Below, piece after piece: positions 23,200-36,019 of a stretch of DNA of 64,000 bases. The stretch is from Chiloscyllium plagiosum (Eukaryota): the NCBI RefSeq assembly GCF_004010195.1, contig NW_025215375.1:1-64000 (forward strand), in the 5' to 3' direction. A program made the translations under genes and the position numbers. Every line of letters begins with the position of its first letter. Within the stretch, counting starts at the first letter, position 1. A model generated the notes under the pieces. The model was not told the DNA's origin and did no database searches. It saw nothing but the letters and a program-made list of their open reading frames with translations.

Positions 23200-23560
23200 A
23201 CTCAGCGCGTAGATCCGTGAAGCCTGCATCGTTTGCAAGGCACAAATCAGATATGTAACAGATCTCTCTCTCTCTCCATTTGCCTGGATGGGTGAAACTT
23301 AAATAACATTAAGGAACTGAACACCCTTCACGTGCAGTGACGTAACTGCACCCTAAACAGTATCTGCAATAATTACTCCTTCACCGCTAAGGCACAATTG
23401 CAGCAGAGTGCACCACTTGCACTGGTATTACTCATCCAGGCTTTGTTGACAGAACCTTCAAAGATCAACAACTGTACCGACGACGAAGGCAAGGTGGGAA
23501 GATGCATGGAAACACCATCATTTGCAAGTTACCCTCCAAAGCACATTCCATCATGACTTG
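23200..23560 (+). mobile_element. 3' fragment of a second CR1/jockey-group LINE family
   Basis: tgcctggatg...atgcatggaaacaccatcatttgcaagttaccctccaaagc; same family as 49383-51520. Confidence 0.65.
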
Positions 23561-24708
23561 GAGAGAGGAATCAGTGATAAACACATTGATTGATGAAGCA
23601 GACTTGACGGGCATAGTGGTCTACTTCAGCTCTCCATCTTTTATCTTACAATTTAAAAAAATATATAATTATTGTAGTGACCAGACTTGTGCTCAGCCCT
23701 TTAGATTTTCCCTCAACTCGTGGTTGCTAAAGTTCTAGCATCATCCCTAGCCAATGATGAGCAACAGAACATTTCCAAAAGCCCTCTCGACCAACTGACC
23801 TTGCTATCCAACCATCTTCAGTGATCTGTGAATGTCCACTCCAAACATCGCTTTGTGCTTCTAAACCACTCAGAATACTCACTGTTATTGTTTCCTCTTC
23901 CCAAATTCATTTCCATTCATCATGTTCTCTTTCCACCTGTTTGATACATATGTCCAGTCCCTGACAATCTTAGTCATAGTCAACTACTCGACCAATTGTT
24001 ACTGCGCATTGGAACTTCGAAATTATACTCGCAAATAAGTGTAAACTTTGATAAACATCAGAAAATGGTGGAACTCGACTGGAAACAGTCGTCCAATCAT
24101 GGTTCATTGCTGGTTGGGATTAACAGCTGCAATCATAGCAGAATCGAACTCCTGCTGTCAGTTGTAAACTTGCTGGTGACTCTGCAGTTTGGTTTCCTGA
24201 GTGATTACTTCTCACACATGGGAGTGGTGGACGGCCTGTCCGTAGTGTGACTGAGCAAGTGAGTTTCCACCTCAGCGGGTAATTGCATCCTTTCATGCAG
24301 TCTCTCTATCCACACCACCCCCCCCCCCCCACCCCCACCATTACCTTGACTTCCGTGTGGCGTGGGTATCTTTGTGTCTACAGATTTAGGCTGCTCATTG
24401 AGTCGATGAAGCATGTGTACAGGCTGGCTGTTCCCTCTCTGCTGCTGTCATTTAAAGGGATGGAGACATTGTGTGCGTGTGTGTGAGAGAGAGATTGATG
24501 TTAACTTGGAGAGCAGGGAAATCAGATCCTGTGCAGAAACCATTTATATAGTTAGTTGGAAACTGTTCTCAATTCGTCCTGCAATTTTACTGCAATAATG
24601 ACAGAGATAAACTTGTTTTACAGCGAAAGTGTTCCCAGATGGGAAATTCAGACTTTAAATCGATCTGAGAGTCACCCAATTCTGCAGGTCCTGATTGTTA
24701 CAGGTAAT

Positions 24709-25460
24709 ATGGAAGGGGAAAACAACAATCTCAGCCCAGAGAAACCATTCTCATATTGTGCCTGTGGTCGAATATTTAACTGGTCATGTGATCTGGGAAG
24801 ACAACGATATGACAGACCAAGGGTGAGGCTGTGTAAATGTGGGAATTGTGGGAAGGAATCAGTTACCCCTCCCAACCGGACACACAGAGACACAGTCACA
24901 CTAGGGAGAGGCTGTTCACCTGCCACAATCTGCTGAGGCACTGGAGAGGTCACAGAGGATTGAGACCCTTCACTTGCTCCATGTGAGAAAGGATTCGTTC
25001 AAATCTCCCAAATGTGGAGACAACAGTGCATTCCCACTGGGGAGTGGTCATTCACCTACTCCGTGTATGGGAAAGTATTCACTCAGTCCTCTGATCGGCT
25101 GAAATACCAGCGAGCTCACTCTGGGGAAAGACCATTCACTTGTTCCCAGTGTGGGGAGAGCTTCACTCAAATGCACCACCTGCTGAGACCCCCGCGAGCC
25201 CACACAGGGGAGTGGCCATTAAGATGGTCAGTGTGTGGGAAATGTTTCAGTTATTCAACCTGCCCACTGAGACCCCAGTGAGCGAGAAGGGACTCAGTGA
25301 TTCATCCCACCCACTGAGACCACAGCGTGTACACATTGGGTAGGAGCTGTTTAACATACTGTGTGACAAGGTATTTGCTGAGTTTTCACCACAAGTGAGA
25401 GACCAGTGAGTGCATACAGGGAAGTGGTCATCCATCTGCTCCGTATGGTTTAGAGTTCAC
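24709..25460 (+). pseudogene. C2H2 zinc-finger pseudogene
   Basis: [67 protein letters not shown]; frameshifts, stops and lost Cys/His ligands. Confidence 0.88.
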
Positions 25461-25697
25461 ACATCACTGCAGGACTCTTATTCTGGAGTTACTTGTCATC
25501 AGAATCAGAACTGGACCTGGTACATGATGACACTGTTGGAGTATTGATGTTGGGGTTGTTAATCATATTAACTGGGCTGGTGTTGACTAAATTTATAATC
25601 ACTACTTTCTGAACCTCAGGATGTCTCTCTGAGCAATACGTCTCCACAAACATCGACGTGGCAATGAACAGGGATCATCTGTTTTGATTTAAATTAT

Positions 25698-25875
25698 GAT
25701 GGTAGCACTGCTGTTTCACAGCACGAGGTACAAGATTGGAGTCCAGCCTTGGTCAACGGCCTGTGTGGAGTTTGCAAATTCCCCTATGATAGTGTGGGCC
25801 CCCTCCAGGTGCTCTGGTTTCTTCCCACAGTCCAAAGATGTGGTTAGGTGGATCAGTCGTACTAAATTGTCGGTG
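25698..25875 (+). mobile_element. HE1-like V-SINE, partial
   Basis: tagcactgctg..tcacagc...ctgtgtggagtttgca...cccacagtccaaagatgtg. Confidence 0.85.
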
Positions 25876-26974
25876 ACATTTGATGGGCCAATGCTCTCCT
25901 GTCACATTGTCGGAATTCTATTCTATGATTGAATATAAAGGATACACAGCAGGGTTTCCTGAGAGAAGGAACATGTGGTCTGTATCAATGCTATCGATGC
26001 TTTTAGATAGAGGTGGGCATCCGCAGGGGATGCAGTGCTTTATCTCCACCGCTGCCCCCTCATGCCCAACTCTACTTTGATTTAGTTCTTTCCCCCTGTG
26101 TCACTTGTAATGGTTAGCTTTGCCCATAATGGGCTTTCTTTGGTTATATGGGTCGTTTACTGTTCGTGTTTATACATTAGCACAAAAGCAAAATTGTGTA
26201 ATTATGATGTTGATGGTGGAAAGGTTGCTCAGCTGTGTGTGATAACACGTTTGAGTAGGAGAAATGGGGAAAAATAATTAACGCGTCACAGCTCACAGAA
26301 CGACAACTGAAAAGCAATTAAATCAAACCAAAGGTTCAGACAGGGAGGGAATATTTCTCTGGAGTTTGAGTAACTGAAAAGTGATGGTGTCCAGGAGTAG
26401 ACAGGATTTTGCTTTACAGGGCGTTTGAAAGTTTTAAAACTTTCAAAGTTATATTCAGATAGTTTCATTTATTTTCGTTTAAGTTTGATTTATTGTGGAA
26501 TGAACAGCTGCAATACGTTAAAACCAAATTCACAAACCTTGTGTTAAAGACAAAAGTCAAATCAAATCCAACAAACGATCACTCATTGAAAACTGATGTG
26601 AAAGTGAATTCTCCTGAAGAGTCCCTGTCCTGCCTACTTCTTCCTACCCGGACTCCATGGCTGTTTACATACCTGGGAGATAGGAGCAGGAGGGGGGCAT
26701 ACGGTCTTTCGATCCTGCGCCATCATTCAATGGGAAACAGCTGACCAGCTATTTCAGTCTCCTGATCCTGCTGTCTTCCATTCTCCTTTGATGCCTTTAC
26801 CGCTAAGAACTATATCTAAGTCCTCCTTTAGCTTCACTGCCGTTTGTTCTCGTGACGTTGCTGTGATACTGTGTGTGTGCAGGCAGGGGTAATATGGAGG
26901 ATGCACTCAGCGACCCTCATCATCTTGCAGTAGCATCAACCGGGATTCAGCAATAGAGATAGAAACCATTTCCA

Positions 26975-27130
26975 GGATATGGGCATCACTGGCTCAGCAT
27001 TTATTTCCCATCTCTAGTTACTCTTGAGCAGATGGTAGTGAGGTGCCGTCTTGAAACATTCGCAGTCCATTTGGCGCAGATAGACCGACAATGCTGGGAG
27101 GGAGAGTGTTGCAGGATTTTGGCCGAATGA
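26975..27130 (-). mobile_element. 3' end of the second LINE family
   Basis: gggcatcactggc..cagcatttatt.cccatc...ttgagcagatggtagtgag. Confidence 0.65.
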
Positions 27131-27970
27131 CTCTCTTTGGTTCGTCAAATTCTGGTTAACTTAATCATGATCTGCAAATAATTGTGAGATTTCAGTCTGT
27201 GAATCTTCACCATCTAGTACCCTGTATAAAGGAATATGTACAGGTTAGAAATTCAGAACAGACAATTCTCGTTTCGCTGGAATATCTGTTTTCCCTTTTT
27301 TTTTCCCTAAAGCTGTAACCCTCCAGCCCATTTACTCTCTCGTGCCATTCTCATTCTGCTACCCCTAATGTACACCTTCCCCATTCTCATGGAGTTGCTG
27401 ATAAATAGATCCATGCCACCACTTCCCATCCCTGGTTAGACTCTGCACCCTTTCTGGGTTCATTTCCTTTCCCTTCAGTTGTTGCAAGTCAATAATGTAA
27501 CAACAGAATGAAACAAAATTAAACAGAAAGGAAGGTGGCAGATCCTGGACAGAAGATGAACCTTCAGGCTGGGAGAATGGATTTCCCATTGGTCGATTCC
27601 CAGCATTATGACGCATTGGGGATGGAACTTGGTTCCACGTGGGTGTGGTGCTACCTTACCACCCCGGCAGGTCAATACTAAAAGCTAATATGCTACTTCT
27701 CCAGCCAATTCCAGTGTGAAATACTTTCCGCTACTTACCCTAAAGCACATGCTCCAAAACCTGCCCACATTCTGCCCTATCTCTGGAAAGTGAATGATAA
27801 TGTGGGCTGGAGGGTGTTGTGTATCAAATCCCCATACAGGTACACAGGAAATGTGGGCTGTCATTGGGTTTAACGGAGCCATCCGTTTCCATAATCTGAT
27901 TTCTGATGTGTGGAATATAGAATCAGCCAATTAGGAGGTACGGAGGTTAATAAGGAGGAGCAGATTTTAA

Positions 27971-28320
27971 ACAGTGGTAGCTGAGTGGTTAGCACTGCTG
28001 CCTCTCAACGTCAGGGACCCGTGTTTGATTCCAGCCTTCGGCGACTGTGTGGAGTTTACATGTTGTCCCCATATCTGCGTGGGTTTCCTCTGGGTGCTCC
28101 AGTTTCCACCCACAGTCCAAAGACGTGCAGGTTAGGTGGAAAATTGCCCTCATGCTAAATTGCCCACTTTCCATACATGTGCTGGTTAGGCAATTAGCCA
28201 CGGGAAATGCAGGGTTACGGGGAATGGATGGGTCCGAACGGGATGCTCATTATCGGGTTATTGTGAACTCGATGGATGAATGCCCTCTTTCTGCACTATA
28301 CGGAGTCTATTCTATTCTCA
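27971..28320 (+). mobile_element. HE1-like V-SINE, near full length
   Basis: tRNA-like head agtggttagcactgctgcctc...gattcca, V domain tgtgtggagttt...cacagtccaaagacgtgcaggttagg, tail tattctattct. Confidence 0.9.
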
Positions 28321-28349
28321 TGAAGAAGAATGTACTTATGTTAATGTGT

Positions 28350-29160
28350 TGTGAATCTGAGGAATTCGCTATTCAAAATGTGGTGGATGCCAGGACAATG
28401 AGCAAATTTAATGAAAAGATACAGATTTTTACTTTGCAATGAGTTGAAGGGTGAGAGAGAGCAGGCGGGAAAATTCCAGCTGAGACCGAAGTGAGCTCAA
28501 TCATCATCGTATTAAATGGTGGAGCTGGTTCGACGGGCTGCATTGCGTCTCCTGTGCCCAGTGCTTATCTTCTTATGGTAATAACTGGAAAGCTGAATCC
28601 AAAACTCACCCCCTTCACCAAAGGAGATTTTTGGAAATAGCAGGATAGTCAGGTGGATTAGCATTCCAAACTTAGATAGTAAGGAATCTTATAGGAGATA
28701 ATGATTTTGCAATTTTAAACCAGGGGAGACAGTGATTTATACTTTTAGACTCTGTAGTACATACACAGCGTCCAGAATAATCAGTTCAGAATATCTATCC
28801 TGTACTTTATTACAAAGCCAAGGTCACTGATAATGAAAACCAAAAGACCCAGAAAATATCACCTCATCTCATAATCTGACAAAAGGCTTGTAATAAGTCT
28901 GGTTGAATTTAGAATACAGATGGAAAGCGGGAAGATTAAATCCAGTCCCAAGATCTTTTGCTTAAACAAAGGAGACTACAATAGGAAGAGGGAGACGTTG
29001 GCTAATGTAGACAGGAAGCAACGGTGGGACAATTGACGGACAGTGGGGGAATATCAAAGCAATTTTTCAAAGTGTTCAGAACAAGTATGTATCCGTGAAA
29101 AAGAAGAAATGTAGGAAAAGGAGTAATCTGCCATGGGTGTCTAAGGAAATAAGGGAGTCT
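28350..29160 (+). mobile_element. CR1 fragments (3' tail plus endonuclease-linker piece)
   Basis: gtggatgccaggacaatgagcaaattta; ttaaacaaaggagactac...ccatgggtgtctaaggaaataaggg. Confidence 0.65.
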
Positions 29161-30344
29161 AAAAAAATTCCCCCCTCCCCCTCGGTTTCTCTGCTTTAAC
29201 CAAACAAAAAGTACTCGATTGTGGAACTTCTCCTTATCGACTCCAACTCTTTAACCCTGGGACCATCCCCTTGTACATTTCTTCTGCACTGTTTACAGTT
29301 TAGTAACCAAAACCTACATTGCATTCATTAAATTTCCAGCGTTGGAACGGACGTGACAACGCCAATGGAGTACAATAAATGATCGAGAATTAACTTCTTT
29401 ACAATCCTATTTTAAATCTCTTTTTTTCCATTATGCAGGATTCTTTTGTCTTTCGGGTTGCATGGTAAATTAAATACTTGTCCACATACAAAAGAAATCT
29501 GTGGCTTAATTGTTCCTGGGAAATGTGCCATGTTCTTCTAGACATTTAAAAACAAATGAAATCTCTCTCCGCAGTCACCACACTAACATGGACTCGGCTT
29601 TGTCTCAGTACTTTTTCCAGTCATACTGATATTTGAAATATTCACTCACGGATATAATGCACACCTTTCCTTCCACACGAAAAGGCCAATGATATTTACT
29701 TGATCCATACCGACCTGAAAATTAAGTTCAATTGCCCAACCGAAAAACCACCCTTTCAGTACCCTACAACAAGAAAACTAATCACCATTGTTAATACAGG
29801 ATTCGTAAGACAATTATACGGGATCAGTGCAGCAGCTTGAGGGGATCCTGGACAAACAGCAATGGGAGAGTCTGACAGGAGAGAACCTACAGGAAGGTTC
29901 TGTCTGAAGGCTCAGGCGGGGACAGATGGGAGACAGTATGGCCTGGTGGCTTGGCCATGTTTTTTAATCAGCCTCTTCAATGATGCTGTTACTCAACTCT
30001 GAACCCGATCTTCCTCGTCCAGAAGTAAGGACACTAGCACCATTTCTTGGTGGGCGAGTGCAAAGAAGGGAAGCTGTTCTCAATATCCCTCACATGGAAA
30101 CCCCATGAACTCCTCCCACATACTATCGACGGTGGGGATGGAGGAGACAGAGCAGGTGGGAGGGGGTTAGGGATATAGGAACTGCCTTACTAAAGGAACT
30201 CACCTGTGTTGATGTTATTATCAAGACTCAATGCACAGTCACCAACACAAACCTGGTGTACTTGGACTTTATCCAGAATATTAACACCTATTACTGGGTG
30301 ACACAGACCTCAATGTTCAGAGTTATGTCCTGGATATTAATAAC

Positions 30345-31005
30345 AGCTTTGTGCATGGGAGATCTTGTCTCATGAACTTAACTGAGGTTTCTGAAAAAGT
30401 AACTGAGAGGATTGATGAGGGCAGAGCGGTGGACATGTTCTACATGAACGTCAGTAAGGCGTTCGACAAGATTCACCATGGGAGACTGGTTAGCATGGTT
30501 AGATCTCAGAATACAAGACAACTAGCCATTTGAATACAGAATTGGCTGAAAGTTAGAATGCAGTGGGTGGTAGCAGAGAGATGCTTTTCATATTGGAGGC
30601 CTGTGACCAGTGCAGTGTCACAAGGATCGGTGCTGGATCCACTCCCTTTCGTCATTTACATCAATGATTTGAATGTGAACATAAGAGGTATAATTAGTAA
30701 GTTTGCACGTGACACCAAAATTGGTGGTGTCGTGGACAGTGAAAAAAGATTACCTCTGGATAAAACGGGATCTTGATCAGATGGGCGAATGGTCTGAGTG
30801 GCAGATAGAGTTTAATTTAGATAAATGTGAGGCACTGCGTTTTGGAAAAGCAAAATTTAGCAGGACTGATACACTTAATGGTAAGGTCCTAGGGAGTGTT
30901 GCCACACAAAGAGACCTTGGAGTGCAGATTAATAATTCCTTGAAAGTCGTGTCGCAGGTAGATAGGATAGTGAAGAAGGTAGTTAGTCTGCTTCCCTTTA
31001 TTTGA
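30345..31005 (+). mobile_element. CR1 RT fragment
   Basis: GRSCLMNL...KAFDKIHH; SQGSVLDPLPFVIYINDL...FARDTK. Confidence 0.92.
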
Positions 31006-31009
31006 TGAC

Positions 31010-32100
31010 ATTCCAAAATTGGCCGACCCAATAAACTGAACAATCAAAACATGATCTCCCAACTGTAATACTCAGTGCGCTGCTCAATGACAGCTGCCAT
31101 AACAAACACCACCTTCACTGACTTGTCTACCTTCAACCTACTTTCAAGGAAATATCAATCCACACTCTAAGGTCTACTTGTTTGTCATTTGTCATTTGCC
31201 ATTATGAGGTTGAGTTCTATTCTGGTAACATCTTTCTGAAATCAGGAAGAATGCAATTGAATGCAGTATTTTAAAGTTGGCCTCACCAATGCCCTATACA
31301 GTTACAACATGACCTCAGTAACAGAATCCCTGTAGTGTTGAACGAGGCCATTCGGCCCATGAGACCTTACCAACCATCGAACAGCTTCCATGTAACCGAG
31401 CAATTCTCACAGCTAATCCTCCTAACAAATCTTTGGATTTTGGGAGGAAACCACACCATCCAGAGGAAGCCCACCCAGATACACACAGGGAGAATGTGCA
31501 AACACCACACAAAGTGGAATAGAACCAGAGTCCCTTTACTGATCAGTGCCCTGACCAATAAAGGTCAGCGTCCCAAACGCCAGGTTCAACACCTGATCTC
31601 TCCGAAACTCTACTTTGCAGAATCTATGCAGTTGTTATGAGCCCTTAAGAGGGATGCAGGGATCGAGGAGAAAACGTGAACAGGGTTGAGGCAAAGATCT
31701 ATAAAATTATTCTCCATCCCGCCAATCCCGCTCTGTTGACCCCTGACTGACACCCCGTGTTTCCCATAGCCCCCCTCGCTGTCTGCCACCTCAGACACCA
31801 CCTGCGCCCCTTTGTCCCCCCCCTCCCTTTCTTTGTCCGCCCCGTCCAGCGCCTTTTTCTACCCCCACACCGTACTCCCCTGTCTCCCCCCTCAGCCACC
31901 TCACCCCCTCTGTCCCCGCCACCCTCCTTGACGCCTAGTTCTGGACTCCCCACCACAGGAAAAGACCTCGTCTGTTTACCCTATCCACGTCTCTCCTGAT
32001 TTTATAAATCTGTATAAGGTCACCCATCAGCCACTGATGCTCCAGGGAAAACAGCCTACTCAGCCTCTTCCTGTAGCTCAAATCCTCAAACCCTGGTAAC
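31010..32100 (-). mobile_element. Nested minus-strand CR1 pieces with an HE1-like SINE (~31320-31530) and a C-rich tract (~31740-31930)
   Basis: ctagttctggactcccccacc, ccagggaaaacagcc; SINE motif ggaggaaaccacaccatccagaggaagccc. Confidence 0.7.
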
Positions 32101-32280
32101 AACTGCAGATGCTGTCAACCATAAAGAAAAAAAAATCTGTAAAAGCTTAGCAGATCTGTCGCATCTGTGAAGCGAAATTAGAGTTAAATTTTCTGAGAAA
32201 GGGTGACCGGCCCCGAAACGTTAGTTGATTTTTCTTGACCGATGTTGTATGACCTGTTGAGCATTTCCAACATCTGTGAA
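32101..32280. mobile_element. Inverted pair of Penelope-like termini with a hammerhead-like core
   Basis: Left arm aactgcagatgctg...gcatctgtg..gagttaa (minus copy); right arm ctgagaaagggtgaccggccccgaaacgttag...gacctgttgagcatttcca. Confidence 0.7.
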
Positions 32281-32554
32281 AGTTTAAAGGGAGTTGTGTC
32301 AGGCAGGTTTGTTGTGCAGAAGGTGGTAGGTGACTACAACGTACTCTCCTCGGAGATGGTAAAAGCAGCAGCAATCACAACATTCAAGAGGCATTTGCGC
32401 AGACACATAAGCAGGCATGGGTTGGCAGGAATATGGATCATATACAGGCAGACGGAATCAGTTTGGAATAGTATTATATCTGCAGAGACATGGTAGGCCA
32501 ATTATTCGGGGGCTGTACTGTTCTGTTTTTCGGGATAGAATGTTTGTTATGAAG

Positions 32555-32869
32555 TAGATTAGATTTTTTTTAGATTACATTATAGTGTGTAAACAGGCGC
32601 TTCGGCACAACAAGTCCACACCGACCCGCCGAATCATAACCCACCCATACCCCTACATTTACCCCTTACCTAACACTGCGGACAATTTAGCATGGCCTGA
32701 CCTGCACATCTTTGGACTGTGGAAGAAAACTGGAGCACGCGGAGGAAACCCACGCAGACATGGGGAGAACGTGCAAAATCCACACAGTCAGTCGCCTGAG
32801 GCGGGAATTGAACTCGGGTATCTGGCGCTGTGAGGCAGCAGTGCTAATCACTGTGCCACCATGCCGCCC
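32555..32869 (-). mobile_element. HE1-like V-SINE, full length
   Basis: (ttaga)n tail, cacatctttggactgtgg, head ends ctgtgccaccatgccgccc. Confidence 0.93.
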
Positions 32870-32884
32870 ACTTTGTCTGTGCTA

Positions 32885-33790
32885 GTAACAAAAATGATGA
32901 GTGAGGGCAGAGCGCTGGGCGTGATCTACATGGACTTCAGTAAGGCGTTCGGCAAGGTTCCCCAAGGGAGACTCATTTGCAAAGTTAGATCTCATGGAAT
33001 ACAGGGAGAACTAGCCAATTCGACGCAGAACTGACTCAAAGGTAGAAGGCAGAGGGTGGTGATGGAAGGTTGCTTTCAGATTGCACGCCTTGACCAGTGG
33101 AGTGTCACAAGGATCGGTGCTTGGTCCACTCCTTTTCGTCATTTATATAAACGATTGGGATGTGAACAAAGGAGATATTAGTAATTTTACATGTGACACC
33201 AAAATTGGAAGTGTAGTGGACAGTGAAAAAGATGACCTCTGAATACAACGGGACCTTCACTTGATGGACGAATGGTCTGGGGAGTGGCAGATGGAGTTTA
33301 ATGTGAGGTGCTGCATTTTGGAAACTCAAAACTTAGTAGGTCTCATACACTTAATGGTAAGGTCCTCGGGAGCATTGCTGAACAAAGTGTCCTTGGAGTG
33401 CATGTTCCTATCTCCTTGAAAATGGATTCACAGCTAGATAGGACAGTGAAGAAGGCTTTTAGTATGCTTTCCTTTAATGATCAGGGTATTATGTATAGGA
33501 TTTGGGAGATCATTTTGAGGCTACAAAGGACTTGATTTAGACAACGTTTGGAATATTGCGTGCAATTCTGGTCTCCTTCCTATCAAAACAATATTGTGAA
33601 ACTTGAAAGGCGCCAGAAAAGGATTGCACGGATGTTACCAGGATTGGAGGATTTGAGATAGAGGGAGAGGTTGAATAGGCTGTTTTCCTTGGTTTGTCAG
33701 AGGCTGAGGGTTGCCCTTTTCGGTGGTTTTTTTTAAATCAGGAGGGGCAGGGATAGGGTAAACAGACAAGGTGTTTTCCCTCCAATGTTG
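32885..33790 (+). mobile_element. CR1 RT/C-terminal fragment
   Basis: tacatggacttcagtaaggcgttc, cacaaggatcggtgcttggtcc, LHFGNSK..LGVHV. Confidence 0.92.
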
Positions 33791-34020
33791 GGGTGGGGGA
33801 AAGAGTAGGGGTGAGAGATAGTTATTTTATAGATCTACAACTCAACCTTGCTCCAAACATTCTATGACTTTGTTTTCTTACACTTGAACGGTTTTAGAAA
33901 ATATCTACAAGGCTTTTTTTATGACTGTGGAGTTAAAAGGAGAGGTTGAATAGGCCTCACAAGAGGTTGTGAGAGAGTAAAGGAGGGTCACCAGACTGAC
34001 TCCTGAGATGCGGAGATAGT

Positions 34021-34400
34021 TAAGGACTGCAGATACTGGAAATCAGAGTCTATACAATGTGGACTTGGGGAAGTGCAGCAGGTCAGGAAGCATCAAAGGA
34101 GCAGGAAAGTTGACGTATTGTGTCATGACACTTTGTCAGTCCTGATGAATCATCCTGACACGGAACATCAACTTTCCAGCCCTACCTTATTCATGCTGGT
34201 CATCAAACACCTATTTATTCTAGTCCCACGTTTTGGGACACAGCGTGTAAATGATATTGTAGTGCTTGGTGTGATCATCTCAACACTTCTTCAAGGCTGC
34301 AATGTTCCCTGCATCGGTCACCATTTCAAATGCTGCCCGACCTGCTGAGGATCTCCAGCACGTTTTGTTTTTATTGCAGATTACCACCATTTTGCTGAAG
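34021..34400. mobile_element. Back-to-back inverted Penelope-like termini, right arm interrupted
   Basis: ggaaagttgacgt...ctttgtcag | cctgatga...ggaacatcaactttcc around a centre near 34140; tail resumes tgctgcccgacctgctgagg at 34331. Confidence 0.7.
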
Positions 34401-35189
34401 CACTTGGAGACACAGAGCTGTACAGCTCCACATTTTGTTCACTCTCATTCCTGGGATGTCAGGACTGATGTATGCAGAGGGACTCAGTCCTCGTTTAATA
34501 ATCTTTTCGTTAAGCTTTCTTTTGACTCGATCACTAATATTCTACCTCCCATTCGCTGTCCTGATTCTGACCCATCTAAGTCAACACTTTCGTTTCCATC
34601 CCACTGTCAGACTAGTTAAAACCTCACCAATGGGTCTGGCAAAATGGGGAGAATTTGCAAACTCCACACAGTCAGTCGCCTGAGATGGGAATTGAACCCG
34701 GGTCTGTGAAGTAGCAGTGCCACCGTGTCGCCCATAATAGCTAGCCACCTTCCTTCCCTTTAAACATTTCTATTATAATCAAAAGCCCCGAACTTTTATT
34801 AAAATGAAATGTTACATTTTAAAAACCTAACAAATACTCCGCAGGTATCACTCACAAATTCGCTGTTCCCATTGGGACCATGTGAATTTCAGCCCCTTGT
34901 AACCACAGACTCAACATCGACTTCAGCAGTTTCTGAATGAACAGACAGTTGTCAGAATCTGGAACATTCCACCTGAAAATGTGTTGAAATTTGAGTTCAT
35001 AAGGAATTTTAATGAGAAGTTTGCAGGGAGTTGAAAACAGGGAGTTACAGGGTAATATCGTGAAGTGCGGCGATTAGGACTAAACCTAACAGGTCTTACA
35101 AATATACGAAGTATAATTTGGATAAAATTGTACTCTTTCTCAGGTCAAATCTCCCAAGGGACGTCCAAACATAAAATTGAACATATTTC

Positions 35190-35350
35190 TCCTCTTTGCT
35201 TGCCAAAAACATTGGAGACATTTTCCCACAGAACAGCCAAACCTTTCTCTTTCCACAGTTAAATGCCAATAAAATTCAGATCCGACTGACTCTGCTGACT
35301 GTAGAAACTTGCTTTTGAGATCCCGGTGTCAATTATTCTCAAATAATATC
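35190..35350 (-). pseudogene. Truncated C2H2-ZNF exon remnant
   Basis: Minus-strand acceptor ttttgttttgtgaattctttttacag|gatatt, then LTVERERFGCSVGKCLQ, resembling a first finger FxCSVCGK; truncated afterwards. Confidence 0.4.
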
Positions 35351-35509
35351 CTGTAAAAAGAATTCACAAAACAAAACTCACAGTCAGTGCAGGATGAATA
35401 GTACATACAAATATTTCTCTGGTATGTGTTTGATGTGTAAATGCTCCTCTTCAAATCGCCCATCTCCCACCCAGGGCGAGGACACGAGCATGTGCCTTTC
35501 TGTTACTTG

Positions 35510-35745
35510 CCCCAAACAAAGATGGTGGCCATAACCCATCACTGCCTGAGGCCCTCAGCCACTTTCCCATTTGCGGCAAACTTGGGACCAAGAGTATCTA
35601 ATTCAGGACTAGCGACCTGTACAGAGTGTAATTAAACCCTCCCAGTCTGAACTGAGGCATTTCATCCGGTTTCCGCTGCCACTCTCCTCCTTTCCCGTTT
35701 CCAGCTCCACACACCAAGGGTCATTCCGGGTCAAATGTCCCTTCC
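35510..35745. promoter_or_regulatory. Decayed promoter-like patch upstream of the ZNF remnant
   Basis: YY1-like aagatggtggcc (35519), ETS-like tccggtttccgc (35666) and ttccggg (35724). Confidence 0.3.
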
Positions 35746-35779
35746 TCAGAACCGATGGAAGCTGGGAAAATTCGAATCC

Positions 35780-35970
35780 CTACAGTGTGGAAACAGGTCA
35801 TTCGGACCAACAAATCCACACTGACCCTCCAAAGAGTATCCCACCCAGACCCATTCCCCTACTCTATTATTCTACATTTCTCCTGACTAATGCACCTCAC
35901 CTACACATCCCTGAACAGGACAGGAAATTAAGCCTGGCCAATTCACCTAATCTACACATCTTTGGACTAC
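35780..35970 (-). mobile_element. HE1-like SINE 3' part
   Basis: tacagtgtggaaacagg...ggccaattcacctaatctacacatctttggact. Confidence 0.85.
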
Positions 35971-36019
35971 AGGAGATTGGGGTAAAAGAATAAATAAGTG
36001 GGGATGGAGCGACCCTTTA

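Noticed and set aside
23754..23798. ATGATGA...CTGA, possible C/D snoRNA (similar pair at 9051-9085)
   Set aside because: Too short, with no terminal stem, recognisable guide or host gene.
31005..31160. Plus/minus CR1 junction suggesting a twin-priming inversion
   Set aside because: The two pieces overlap the same part of the element and look differently diverged; independent insertions are more likely.
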